A DNA stretch of 64,000 bases from Anthoceros angustus (lineage: Eukaryota > Plantae > Anthocerotophyta): contig MU008233.1 in NCBI GenBank assembly GCA_010909165.1, positions 1-64,000 on the forward strand, read 5' to 3'. The position numbers and the translations under genes are program-made. The first letter of the stretch is position 1. Every line of letters starts with the position of its first letter. The notes under the pieces are model-generated. The model saw nothing but the letters and a program-made list of their open reading frames with translations. It was not told the DNA's origin and made no database searches. Shown one piece after another: positions 1 to 13,047 of the stretch.

Positions 1-892
1 AGATCGCCACAACCATGAAGCGGAGGCCCGTGCAAGGTCATTTAAACCGTGCATGCAGATGAGGGCCGGGCAACCGCGTCATGGCGAATGGAGGAACGTC
101 GAGGAATCTTTCATGTCGACTGTCTAAAGGAAAACGCAGCATGGCGCTTTCCGGCTCGATTTCCATGAATGACCACTATTGCAAGTTGCAATGAGGATGG
201 CGGTCGGTTAGTGCGGGCATAGAGTGGCGGATTCCAATGCGGTTTCTCGTGATATGAAAAAAAAAAAAGGCCCGTCCGTCTTCCGGACGTGAGGGTTGTC
301 GTCATTGCGATTTTCACAATTTCAGCCATGTGTCATCCCCCGCCATGTCTCCTAGTTGATGGTCGGCGGCATGCCTCCGACAGACATTATGCTCGCTGGC
401 CACGCAGGATGGCGGCAGGATCTTATTTGCGATTCACGGTGGTTCATGATCTCTCTTAGGCTGGTCAAAGAGGAGCGAGCTCGACAAGTGCCATGCCGTG
501 TGCGTGAAATGATGATCACGGTCTTCCTTACATCACGGGACATGGCACGCCAAATGCTACCGTCACCATCACTTATTGGCAATGGCGCACACGGTGGACA
601 TTAGCGGTATCTTCACTTTGATGAAGGCAACCAAGTCAAGTGGGTTTCAAGTAGGATACATCATAGGGTTCGACCTACCACTTGTCCTTTTGTCATGGCA
701 TAATGTATGCGGGCCATGTACTTGCAAGGATCATAATAGACTAATGGCGATGTTTATTGCCATTGTGGTTATAATGTCCGCCCGCTAAGGGAAAGGCTGG
801 AAACCTGAATGTAGGTGGCTGCTGGATGATCTCCGCCTCTCCTTCCCTCCTCCACCCGTCACCACAAGGTTACGACGGGAGTGAAATAACTA

Positions 893-1729
893 CTTGGACC
901 ATGGTCATTCGATTGCATAACAATGGTCCTTGGCGGAAAAGTATTCAACAGTCACCACATATGCATTAACCATCCTTGGACCATGGTCATTCGATTGCAT
1001 TAACAATGGTCCTTGGTCATGAAAAGGTATTCAACATTCACATATGCATTAACCATCCTTGGACCATGGTCATTGCATAACAATGGTCCTTGATCTCGAA
1101 AAAGTCAACACTGCTCAACACATATGCATTAACCATCCTTGGACCATGGTCATTCGATTGCATTGCGAACAATGGTCCTTGATCTCGAAAAGTACTCAAC
1201 ACGCTCAACACATATGCATTAACCATCCTTGGACCATGGTCATTCCGATTGCATTGCAAACAATGGTCCTTGGATCTCGAAAAGTAGTCAACTGCTCCAC
1301 CACATATGCAAGAACCATCCTTGGACCATGGTCATTCCGATTGCATTGCGAACAATGGTCCTTGGATCTCGAATAAGTAGTCAACACTCCACCACATGCA
1401 TTAACCATCCTGGACCATGGTCATTCCGATTGCATTGCTAACAATGGTCCTGGATCTCAAAAGTAGTCAACACTTTCCCACCACATATGCAAGAACCATC
1501 CTCGACCATGGTCATTCGATTGCATTGCTAACAATGGTCCTTGGATCCTCGAAAAGTAGTCAACGCCTGTCAACACACATGCATTAACCATCCTTGACCA
1601 TGGTCATCTGGATTGCATTACGAACAATGGTCCTGATCTCAAAAAGTAGTCAACGCTGCTCCACCACATATGCAAAGAACCATCCTCGACCATGGTTTAT
1701 CTGATTGCATCATGTAACAATGGTCCTTG
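893..1729. repeat. Tandem satellite, about 10 units of 80-92 bp
   Basis: GACCATGGTCATT recurs at ~896, 978, 1061, 1141, 1231, 1323, 1412, 1504, 1596 and 1688. The inter-repeat sequence is also conserved. Confidence 0.95.
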
Positions 1730-4700
1730 CACTACTAGAAAAGTGTACTTACCACTCACGGACATTACTACGGACTTTACAACGGGTTTTACTACTCCCA
1801 TAGTAAAATGGCAGTAGTAATCACATAGCGTTAGTGTCTGTGGTAAAGTCCAGTACATCGTATATGATGGCGATACTCCGTATTCTATACGGAGTATGTA
1901 TGGAGTATGTTATTGAAGTCTACTGTATACTAGTTACTCTATAAATTACCAAACCTTTTACCACGGTATTTACTACGTCGAACAACCACGGACTTTACTA
2001 CTGGCCTAATCGTGGTTAAAAATAATGGTTAGTTAACCGAGATTAGCTAACTATGATATTAACCAGCTAAATGAGTGGGTTTGGTTAATCATATGTTGAC
2101 TATAGTTAATTTATCACGGTTAAGTAATTAGACACTCATGTAAAATTCCACCGGGTTCCGCTAAATCTATCCGTTGTAGAAAAAGACCAGTAGTAATATT
2201 TTATAGTAAATATTCGTAGTAAAATTTTGTAGTAAACATTATAGTTAACATAATGTAGTAAAATTCTATAATAATCGTAGTAAAATTCTGTAGTAAAAGT
2301 ATGTAAAATTCTATGTAAAATTCATGATTGGCCAGAGACATCATTGACGCAAGAGCTACAAAGCGCTTCCCGAAACTTGAAACTTTTACGACGTGCTCAC
2401 TAAACTTGGAAAACTCTTGTTTGTTCACAATGAAGAGGCCACTTGCCTTAAGGCCATAGAGGTTGCCCGCAGACATCATTATTGTCGGACCTAGCTTTCC
2501 ACATGATGCAAATGATATCTCGAACCGATGGAAGGACCTCGAGAAGCGGCTTTTACTTGTGGAACCTTTGCTTGTTGCTCGTCGACCTTGCAAGATTCTT
2601 GATAACGTCGCCCTAAGACGAGCTGTTATTCTGGAAAGATTAATGCCAAAGCGATGTGAAGGGGATAAGGATATACACATGCAATTCGCCTGTCAATAAT
2701 GTAGTGGGGCATAAACGAACCTCCTTCAAGTAAATGCACCACTTGGACACTTACGACTAACACTCAAGCGGCCTTGAGCGGTGAGAACATCTTGCTGGCG
2801 AAAGCTTGAAGATAGTTAAGAAGTGACTCAAATAATCAGGCACAAGCCCGAGACACAAAAGTAATTGTCCAAGATCATTTTGATTACTCTTGTTGGATAC
2901 TAGAGTGTCGAGAGCATGCTTCACTAGTGGCCATACCTTGAACACTTGTTGATATTGGTTGCAAGATATGCATCAACTTCACATACTCCAATGTACTCAT
3001 GAGGAGACTAAGTTAGAACCACCTTGTAAGTATTTTTCTCACAAAATCCAGCTTGACTTTAAGTACTCACGATGCATGCACCTTAGAAAACTTGTGCTCG
3101 TCAGCGTAAATGACTCATAAGCCCGTGGTCCTGCCTTTACAAGTGTCGAGCGAGGAAGTCTCACGCCCTAAGATACATGGCTAGGCAGACTTTCCTCCGA
3201 TAAAATTTGCAAGAAGATCCTCATCGCCCCTCATCATCCTCCCCGCCCCACGCTCCCTTTGTGCGCCATTTGAGAGGTCGTGTGACACATTTCGAACCGA
3301 AATTTTAGAACAGACCTTGTTCGGTTGCTTCACAAGACCGCTAAGGGACAAGGAAATACACGTGACATCCACACAAAGATCCCACCCTCTTATTCAAGCC
3401 GACGGTTTAGCAAATCCGACCAAAGAATATGTCTCGACACAATAATCGCCCAAACAGATTTTGAATTTTGTCGCTAAACTAGCAACATCGTCCATAATGT
3501 AGTAGGCATCAAGAACCCGCCAGCCAAGCCGAACATGTCTAGGTCCCAAAATCCATTCACGAACCCCTATGTTGTAACCACGAACAAAACGAGGCAATAC
3601 AATAAAGATCAAGTACTTCACTATTCATAATCCCACCCTCAGACAAAGAGAGATAACTTCTCGCTTTGACTGGTAGATAACTCATGGCAAAATGTTCCTC
3701 CACGAAAGTTGTGGCAAACACCATGGAGCATCTCAACCTTGTCCATTGTACTTTGGAGCCACACCTAGAATATCGTAACATCACAAAAGATATGTTTACA
3801 ACTTGTCGTGTTCCTACATCACTTCCCATCACGGATACCAAACGCGGTAAAACTTCGTGCTCGACATGTAGTTCTCACGACGCCAATGCCCTTAGAAAAA
3901 TCTAGAGTTTATGTCCCTCTATCCTTGCCGGACCTAGTACCCACCTCAATCTGTGGTTAACCTCCTTGATTGAGGTAAGCTGTGAGCAACTATCAAAAGA
4001 AGCATGCACTCGAGCACATGCAGAGCCTGTGAACAAAGCATACACAGTGTTTTCGTAACAAGCGGTGATACTGAGTACATGGCTCACGACAAACTTGAGC
4101 ACCCAATGTGACCGGGCATTGGGTGTTGGGTAACATTCGCTAACGTGACCTTGCTTTGAAAGGCCCCACATCACGGGTCTGAGCTTCAACCTCGCAGATC
4201 AAGCAGCCGTGGCCATGGGCCATGGGGCAGAGCGGTCGGAAATCCACCATCGTAAGCCTCATCGAGGTACTACGACCCCAGGCACGATCCCGATCGACGG
4301 CAAAGACATCACTGACAACCTCCGAGCCTCCGCACATAGGACTTGTAGGACGAGCCCACCCTCTTTGCCGCCTCCATCCGCGACAACATCGCCTACAGAA
4401 GCCAACCCGCAGAACCACGGCCTCTCTAATCATACAAGAGCACACGGCTGCCTCATGACAAACTAGCCATGGACCATGCACCTCACCTCAATATCTTGCT
4501 GGGAGCCACTCGGATGACATTGATTGCATTGAACCTGTCCGCCTTCATGGGCCATGATCCATTGGAAAACCTCCTTCACGGACCTACCATGGCTTCCCAC
4601 CATCAAATGTGTCTGATTGTCTCCAATGGTGCAAGCTGCGAGACACAGCTCCTGCAATTGCCCCACTCAACAATCTTTTACCAGACCGTCCTAGTTTCAA

Positions 4701-6916
4701 CTTAGACGTGGCCCTCCCATAGGTGCGCAACCTCGCTCGCTTTCTCCTTGTCGCTTCCTCCTCGTCGCGACATGGAGTTGGCCTTGAACTTGAGCTCTAG
4801 CAACGCATAGTAATCCCCCAATCGGGATTGAGGTCCTTCCCAGCAACATCCAGCGAGCTAAAGCGTCAAGGTTAGATTTTGGCCTCACCGCCCAACGCTC
4901 GACTTACTAACCAACTCGTCACCGCCCGGTGCCCACTCAATAACCAGTTCCGGACCTTCAAGCTCGAACACGGGAATTGGAACAGTGAGCATCCGCGAAA
5001 TCGTATGCGAGAAGAATCACGACAAGGCCTCTATCCGCCACACGAGATCTTGCGCAGTGCGGCTTCCATCCTTCTCACCCACACACAGTTCCAAATCCTC
5101 CGCTGTAAAACAATCTAAGCCTAGAGAAAGGGGACAGGAGAGAAATCGGATGCATCGGAGTCGTAGTTGGAGTCGGGGGATGTGGGAGTACTCCACATGG
5201 GTACCGGGAAAGAGCTGATCCACGGCATCCAAAACCTCATCTTCACCACACACTCGCAAAGGCCCTTCTTCCGCCACGCCTTCCGAGAACGTGATGGTGC
5301 TCTTCACGGCTGATACAAGGAGAAACGATTTAGCGAACCCACAGCGGGCGCGGCATCCACGAACTCCGCACGGCGAACACGCCCGAAAAGGAATCCTTCT
5401 CCTTCCTCTCCCGTGGCTGGAAGATTGGGATCCGCCCAAAGTGCCACTTCCACAATCCCCGCCCGCTCGCCGCCCGGTTTCCGAACTCGGAAGCCCGCAA
5501 ATCGCCTTCCTAACTCCACCGGTGGCGAAAATCCTAACCCTAATTTCAGTCCACGTTGGTCAATGTGCGATCGGTGAATTGCGCCTGCCGACGGATATGA
5601 CACCTTCGAGCGCCACGGCTGCAGCTTGTCGGAGGCGAAGCGGATAGCCATAGCTGTGGTAAGAACCCGCCATCCCGCATCGATTTGCGAGGCCACCGGG
5701 CCCGGACGCAGTAATCCGAGGCCGTGGTGCGTAATGCCTTGGATAAAATCATGGTGGGCGTAGCAGCGGTGGTGGTGGCTCAGGCATCACAATCCGGCAG
5801 CCAACACCATCGCCGTCCTTCGTGAGGGCGCATTCTTGAGCAAGGCACGCAGGGAGCTCATTGCTAAGGGCGGCAGTGTGCAGCTTTAGTACAAATGCAA
5901 ACCAAGCACCAAACGCACCAATCGGTATATCATGAATGTTGAGGAAACGAACGCCACGGAGTTGGTCTCCTCCCATGTGGCGTCACCGGGCTCCATGGAT
6001 GTATGAAAGGAGGGCCATGTTACCCTTAAATCCTACTTGAGTTTGTTAGCTTGTGAAAGGATTTGGAAAGTTTGTTTCCATTGACTTACCATGTACCTTA
6101 CAATTGAAATTGTGTGAAATTAAAAATTGTTTTGCTCATACTTGTTGTAAAAATAATACATCCTGTCTCTAACCACTCGAGAGCAAGATCGGCCGCACTT
6201 TCATCGATCCAAGTTCGGGCAAGCACGCTCGATACCTAGGTTGTGGCTTCCTTGACTGGATTAAAAGACAACGACACTTTTAGAAGTCTACTAGAGCTGC
6301 CCAGCGATGTAGAGATGATCCGTAGGAGGATTTTTCAGCATGTCCCTGCCGCAGCCCCTTTGTTCTTTTACATGTCGGCCTAGCCTAAGCCTTAATCGAT
6401 GTACACCAGGTTACCTCTACTATTTTTCTTTTTAGGGTAATAAGATGTGGTTTATCATCAAAACCCATTCTAAATTAGTGTTGTTGTAAACGACCGGTGT
6501 CTCATCGTAAAGGGTCTTGTTGTAAACCCTACAGGGGTGTAGTAAACTATTGGATGTTGTAAAATACCATTGGCATGTTGTAAAAGAACCCGTTGTAATG
6601 GAGAAAGTCCTGTAGTAAATTGTAGGTCTGTAGTAAGCCAACATGCCATCGTTGTAATGTCCATAAGCTCTGTTGTAAATAACAAGTGCCCCGTAGTAAA
6701 ATCCATTTTGTTTTGCCACGTCAGCTATTGCGCCTTTGGCAAAACAAGCCCTGTAGTAAAGTTGGAATGAGTGTTAGTAAATTCAGGGCTATACTTGAAA
6801 ATAATACATGGACTTGAAACGGTGCCTTCAAGTGACGTAGTAAAATGGGCAGTCGTGGTAAAATGCACCCCTGTTGTAAAACTGCAATTAGTAAAAGTAT
6901 ACTTTTCCTAGTAGTG
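1730..6916 (-). mobile_element. CACTA (En/Spm) DNA transposon
   Basis: TIRs CACTACTAGAAAAGTGTACTT (1730-1750) and AAGTATACTTTTCCTAGTAGTG (6895-6916). 3-bp TSD TTG at 1727-1729 and 6917-6919. GTAGTAAA/GTTGTAAA subterminal repeats near both ends. Confidence 0.93.
2900..5440 (-). pseudogene. Degenerate Tnp2-like (En/Spm) transposase
   Basis: Fragments such as FLSCPLSLGL, MAHEGG...CHPSGS and YLIFIVLPRFVRG...VREWIL loosely resemble Tnp2 regions in the expected order inside the CACTA TIRs. Heavily frameshifted. Confidence 0.5.
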
Positions 6917-6986
6917 TTGGATCTCGAATAAGTAGTCAACACTTTCCGACCACATATGCAGTAACCATCCTTGGACCATGGTCATT
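6917..6986. repeat. Remainder of the satellite array beyond the CACTA insertion
   Basis: TTGGATCTCGAATAAGTAGTCAACAC...GGACCATGGTCATT continues the unit interrupted at 1729. Confidence 0.9.
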
Positions 6987-9900
6987 TTGAACTCACTAAC
7001 CAACAACATCCATGGCCCATGGGCATCCGCTTTAAGTTGCCAAATTCGTCCTTGGGTCACGAATCATCGACAATCGCCCTATATATGCGCGGGTATGGGG
7101 ACATGCCAACTTCAACAAAAAGACGAGGTGTGTGCGCCAAAAGACAAAGATGGCTAGGTGCGAGCCATGACGGCCGACACACCGACAACACCATTCACCC
7201 ATGGCATCCGAAGCATGCGCCAAATTCGCCCTTGTCCACGAGAAGGCGTCAAATGCCGGCTATATATGTGAAGCACGGGACATGGCCTGGAATGTAGGTG
7301 ACGGTGTGCGACGGCAAGGCGCTCGAGGTCCGGAGCCGTGGCACGCATTATGGCTCGTGACACTTGACATAAGGTAAAACCACCGCCCGGACGTGTTGTT
7401 CGTCCGGTGGCATGGCATGTTGAACGCGGCCATGACGGCATGAATGACCATACAACATCCTTGGCACATGGCATCCGAGCATTGTTACCAATTTCGCCTT
7501 GGGTCACGCATTGTACAAATTGCCGGGCTATATATGTGAAGCATGGGGACATGGAAGCTTCGCAAATAGGTGACGGGTGTCCGCACGGCAAAGACGGCAT
7601 GGGGGCATGCCATAAGCGAACATGGGTATTCGGAGAACTGTGGAGGTGCGTGCGCGGAAACATGGCATGTGGCAAGGAGCCGTGGCATGTCCTTTTACGC
7701 CCCCTCCCTCCTCCGTACCACAAGGTTACCACCTTTCGGAAAACCCATATCGTCACTTCGCAGTTGCACTCCGGCTTGTCGCGGTTAGGTCTGTCTAGGC
7801 GTCGCAGTTGGCGTGGTTCCGGCTATGGTTTGGGACGTGGACTTCGAAGATTTGGCTGAGGCTGTTCGTTTAAGCCTACAACCCGCTACCATTACCCGTG
7901 ACTTGGATGGCGATGCCCAGACAGTGGTTGACGCGCGGAAAACAGAGGACGGAGGGCCCGCTACGTCTGTTTGCGCCCCGGTCGCTGGAGAGGCAGCTGA
8001 AGGTTTGGAAAATGGAGAGGACGCCGGCGAGCAGCCGTTTTCGCATGGTCAAGTGGAATTGCACAACGGCCTCGGGACGGGTGCCAAAGCCAGAGGAACC
8101 GAGGCAAGCCGGCGTGGGCGATCGCCGCCCGCAGGGCGGGAGTGGATGCCGGGAGGGTCCTTCCGTGGAGCCGAATGGAGGCATGGAGGCTTCGGGAGGG
8201 AGGTGCACGCAACAGCCGTGGAAGGTGTTGCCGGTGAGGAGGAGGCAGCGGCAACACATCCTCCTCATTCGGCGTCGTCTCCAAGAGGTGGGCGCTAACG
8301 GTGGAGCTTGTGGGGTGCAGGGACACCGCCTGACGCAGACGCGACTTTGAAAGGGCCCTCCACACCGTTGAAGAGTACGAAATTGCCGAGGTGCACGCCG
8401 CGACCGCAGCATGTGGAGGACGACGGAGGTCTTGCCGAGGACGCGCACCTCCTGGATGGCGGGAGGGAGAATCGGGCTCTTCTAGAAGAGCTTATTTTTG
8501 GTGACCATGGAGGACTCCGAAGGAGCGGGCAGGAGGGTCTTTCTGAAGGGCAGCAAAGTGCGGCCTTTGGAGTTGATATTGCTTGGCAGGAGGAAGAGAG
8601 GAGGAGGCCAAAACACCGACATGGGTCGAGAGGCACGCCTGACGAGGACACCACCACGAGGATGGTGAAAGCGGGAGGGAGGCGGAGTGGAAATGGCTGG
8701 TGAAGAGGTGGACGAGGACCTACCGACAACATTGTGAGGAGAGATAGGGAGCGAGAAAAGTTGGCGGTAAGCCACTTGACGACATCATTGCCGTGTTGTG
8801 CATGGTCGTGGGGGTTTACATGGTGAGCCTACTGTGTGATGGAGGGTGGGTGGAGAATGAAGATGAGGAGGAAGAGCCCACCGACGAGGAGGGATCGGTC
8901 CGGAAGGCCTTCCAGCAGCGTGTTGGAGCTAGCGCGAAGATGCTTGATGGTACCATGGTCCAGACGAGACTTTGAGGGATGATTGGTGAGGAAGGTAGAG
9001 TACGAGTTCCCTAGTGTAGATCGCGAGGATATCTCCAGTTTGCGGGGCATGGACAAGAAACCACAACGTTGGCAAGAAGGTGCGACAGTGCGGTTATTTG
9101 GAGGAGAAGGGAAAGATGCGAAATGGCTGCACCCTCCGAACGCCGCACCAAGGCGTGGAGACGGTGGAGCAAGCGGTAACGCTGCACAAGCACGGTGGTG
9201 TGGCCAACCCCACAACAAGGCCGCAACTTTTCGACTTGCAAAGCACGAGCATGGGACCAATCCATTTGGTCCCATGGAGCAAAAGAGTTCGAGAGAAGGT
9301 ATGTTCAGCGTGGGGAAGGAGCGCACAAGACAAGAGTTGAAATGGGCTGCAAACATGGATTGGAGCATGCGGGACTCGGAGTGGTATGGCGATAGATCGG
9401 GGCCTTGGTTGAATAGCTAGTGGTCAAAAGCATGTAGGACATGAAGGCTGGAAGAATCGATGTGCATGGCTGCAGTCAAGGAGAAGGAAAATAATGTGAA
9501 GGGCACGAAAAGATGGAAGGAACCATAGCATGTCCCGAGGGGAAGGGAAGGGAAGGTGGAACGAGGAGGGCATCACACTGTGTGATGTCGGAGGCGTGGG
9601 GATGGTGTGGAAGGTGGAGGCGTGAGTGTGTTGCCACCCACAAGGCGAATCACAAGATCTCCTCAAAAAGTGTGAGTTTGGTGGCAATGGCGGCGATGAA
9701 TTGAATGCGATCATTTTGCCTAACGTAACTTATGCGGCAGTGATTATGCAGGGGGGCCGGAGTGCAAGGCTCGTGGAGGTTAGTGGCTCGAATGCCGCCC
9801 TCAAAGGGTCGACATGAGCGGGAGAAACGGCGGGAGGCCAAAGGTCGGGTGCAAAAGACGACGGCTATTGAAGATGCAGGAGGAGTCGACTCGGATGACG

Positions 9901-10475
9901 TCAAGAGTCGAGGCCGCCGACATGTGGTATGTGCAAGTCCATGTCCGCAATAAGCTGGATTGATTTGTCCGTGGACGTAGATTTTGATGCCGCCTTTCTT
10001 GCGCAGCAAGCGGGAGCAAGCGGCAAATGAAACACGCACGCAAGCGCATGCAGGACATTCAAACCGCCATCGCAGTAACGCGTGGAGGTGGAGTGCTTGT
10101 GGACGAATGCAACTGACACGCTTTTGGTAGGCGTCGAGGACGGGTGATGGTCCACGAGGATGAAGGAGATCGGCCTCATAGCACCGCCACATGTAGAGCG
10201 GCATTCCATAGTTACGTAGCGTTTACATTGTCCTTCGATATGTTTTAGCTTGTGGAATGAACTCGAAAACTATGGCATATGTCAAGCGCACATGTTCGTA
10301 TTGAAGCGGAAGTCTAGATAGGAAAACGCACAAATGGGGGCGTTTGAAGAAACGTAATGCATGTGTCGCATTTGGTGGTAAATGTGATGAGGTATATTAA
10401 TGAGGTGTATACTTATAACTATGGCATGGTTAGATATCTATGAATTTGTACCTATACATAAAGAGTATGTATTCA

Positions 10476-10495
10476 ATATATATATATATATATAT
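10476..10495. repeat. (AT)n microsatellite
   Basis: Run of AT dinucleotides. Confidence 0.9.
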
Positions 10496-10835
10496 CGTGT
10501 TTCAATCATGTATGTAGGATTACACAGAATAAATCGGCACAACCGTATATATAAATGGACATATAAATAATGTAGAATCCTACTATACATAATTAGTAAT
10601 AAGGGTTTCAAATTGTATATGGGGCTTGAAAAGAAAACCAGTGTGGACATAGGGTGCATTGAAGAGGGAAGATGGAAAGAGAATGATACCTAGTGGGAGA
10701 GATAGAGTTCTGTAATTGCTATGTAGGAAAAGCAAGAAGGAAGAATAAATGGAGAGGGAGCTCATTGTCACAATCATATGCAACACAAAGAGGGAAACAA
10801 TAAAGAAATGGGTGTCATCCTGGAGCATTAACTAG

Positions 10836-11300
10836 GAGTGTGAGGTGAAAGGAGAGACCGGAGCATGTTGTTAAGATGGTAAGAGAAAGTGGAAAACAAA
10901 ATCACAAACTTAACACCAAACCAACAAACTTGATGATAAGCTCTTAATGGCGAGGTGTAAGGTCAGGAGACCACTTGCATGTTGTTAAGATGGTGAGAGA
11001 AGGTGGAGGGGAAAATCACAAACTTAACACCAAGCCACCTAACTTTTTGGGTGTACCACATGGAAAGTGTTACATGAAATTGTAACAAAGGACTATAACA
11101 TAAGCAAGTTTTCATTGTATATGTTTGAAATCATAAACAATGCTAGCGAGAGGGATGTTGTACTTAGGAGGGTGAGGTGATGAGAGAGAGCCGGGTTCAT
11201 GTTAAGATGGTGACGGCATGAGAAGGAATAGTGTCAATCTTAATACCAAGCCTAAATAGCATGTTGCAATTTGGAAGTGTTACATGAAATTGCAATAACG
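10836..11300. repeat. Degenerate ~95-110 bp repeat, three copies
   Basis: GAGGTG...CATGTTGTTAAGATGGT...AAATCACAAACTTAACACCAA at ~10840 and ~10950, with a diverged copy at ~11170. Confidence 0.75.
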
Positions 11301-11322
11301 ACTGTAACATAGGCTGCCTTTT

Positions 11323-12311
11323 CTAGTAGGGTCCCTTTCTTCTCTTTTTCCAGCGCACGTTCAGCCTCCTCTTGCCTCGGAAACGGTGAACTCGGAAACG
11401 ATTCAAAAAGGCGGCTTTTAGAGCTTCCCAATCCATTGGTGCGCTGGTGTTGTAGGTCCGACCATACCATTGCTGAGCATGCCCCCTCAACAACCCGGGA
11501 AAGATGCGTAGTCGGTCAGCGATCGTGTCCTCCAGATTGGCATGGGATACGTGCTCGAAAGTGCGCACAAACGCCTCTGCTTCGTCACCCTTTTTCCTCT
11601 CGCCAAACTTGACATACTATTGGCGACTATGGGGTTGCGACAGCCCCCCTCCTCCAACCGCTCCGCTCATGTTGCTCAGCCCGATCGCCCCTGCCAATCC
11701 CACGCTTCTCCTACCTTCGGTGGGTTCGGAAATTGATCCTCTGGCGCTGAAAGTTGGGGACGCTCGAGGAGTAGAGACCTCCTCCGACGTTCGTCCCAGA
11801 ATCGCGAGTTGGGCAGTGATGCGATCAAGGCGTTCCGCGAGGTCTTCAGACCATGCTTGAAATTCCCCGCTGCTTACTCCCTCCTCGTCACTATCAGTCT
11901 CGCTCGAAGTTGAGCATCACTGCTTCGGAAGTTCCAACGTTGAGAAGGCCTAACGCTAGTAGTTGGATTCGGATCGCGCTCAAGGAATGGTGCCTCCTCC
12001 TCGCCTTCCTCTTCGTGCACCAATTTCTCTTCCACAACCTCCTTCCTCTCGTTGTCGGTGAATTCCACACTCTCTTCCCCTGGCGCGCTTCCTTGCTGAT
12101 TGCTAGATTCTCCCTTGTAAGCACGAGCAAAGGCAGCCTCTTCTTCGAGCGCCCGTAACTCGTCTTCCTCTTGCTGTCGACGGGTGGCGACAGCAGCGTT
12201 CTCCTCTCTCAATTGATTTCTCCTTGCAGCTCTCAGATCTCTCGCAGTGACCGGTGGGGGTGACCTTCTGCGATCTTCTCCTTGTACCCTCCCCCTACCA
12301 GACATCTGCAA
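11323..12311 (-). mobile_element. Ty3/Gypsy gag fragment (Retrotrans_gag-like), 3'-truncated
   Basis: FPGLLRGHAQQWYGRTYNTSAPMDWEALKAAFLNRF matches the gag FP.LL.G.A..WY...W..LK.AFL.RF pattern. An upstream Glu/Arg-rich coiled segment lies at 11874-12311. Confidence 0.75.
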
Positions 12312-13047
12312 GTACCCTCATGATCTTCAACATACGGTCGTTAAAGAAAAATCAACCTACTCCTCTTAGAGGTTAGCCTTGTGACTATCTCACGCAAATT
12401 GCAACGTTCAGGAGGCGTGGTACTCCCTCTTCACAACGCACGATCACCAGGATATAGAACCCCTTCCCAGTCCTCCACTCGACCAAATCCTCACCACATC
12501 GCAACTCACAAGGAAAGCCATGAAAACTTCAATCTTCAATAGCAAGTCCCCGCACCAAGGCATCAAAAATGTGGAGGAAACTCCTGTATTTAGTGTTTCC
12601 CCTCACATTTATCCTAATCGCTTCAAGACGTCGTTGGCCTCTTCATTCCATGAGACTTGTGTGAACGATTCGGACTGGGGAAACAATCGGCTACTTGCGG
12701 CAAGAACACCACCTCGGCCTTGCTAAACAAGTAAGGCGCTCTCTAACTTTCCTCTATATGTACGCACCTCCCCGTAGACCGCCCGAAAAATCACCAATTC
12801 TCCACCTATAACGCATAATAACATAATTGCAGGTCATGCCTTAGCAACAGAGTTCCATTACCAAGCTCCCAGGGGACCCACAGCCCCACCCCACCAGGCT
12901 CGCTTGGCTCCACTGCAGCCTGACCTACACCTAATCCCCCACTCATCTCCTCATCCTCCTCCTATTCTAACCTCGGTTAAGACTTCGTCTCGGCTCGCCC
13001 TTACGGCTGGCGGGTCCACTATGACAAAATATACCTTTAGTTAGGTA

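Noticed and set aside
1-830. Short ORFs at the window start
   Set aside because: No recognisable domain; the region is truncated by the window edge.
893-1729. Possible CRISPR-like array (palindromic repeats at regular spacing)
   Set aside because: The intervening sequences are near-identical rather than unique spacers, there are no cas genes, and the context is eukaryotic.
7813-8775. Multiple overlapping 100-190 aa ORFs as genes
   Set aside because: Expected by chance in GC-rich sequence; no recognisable motif.
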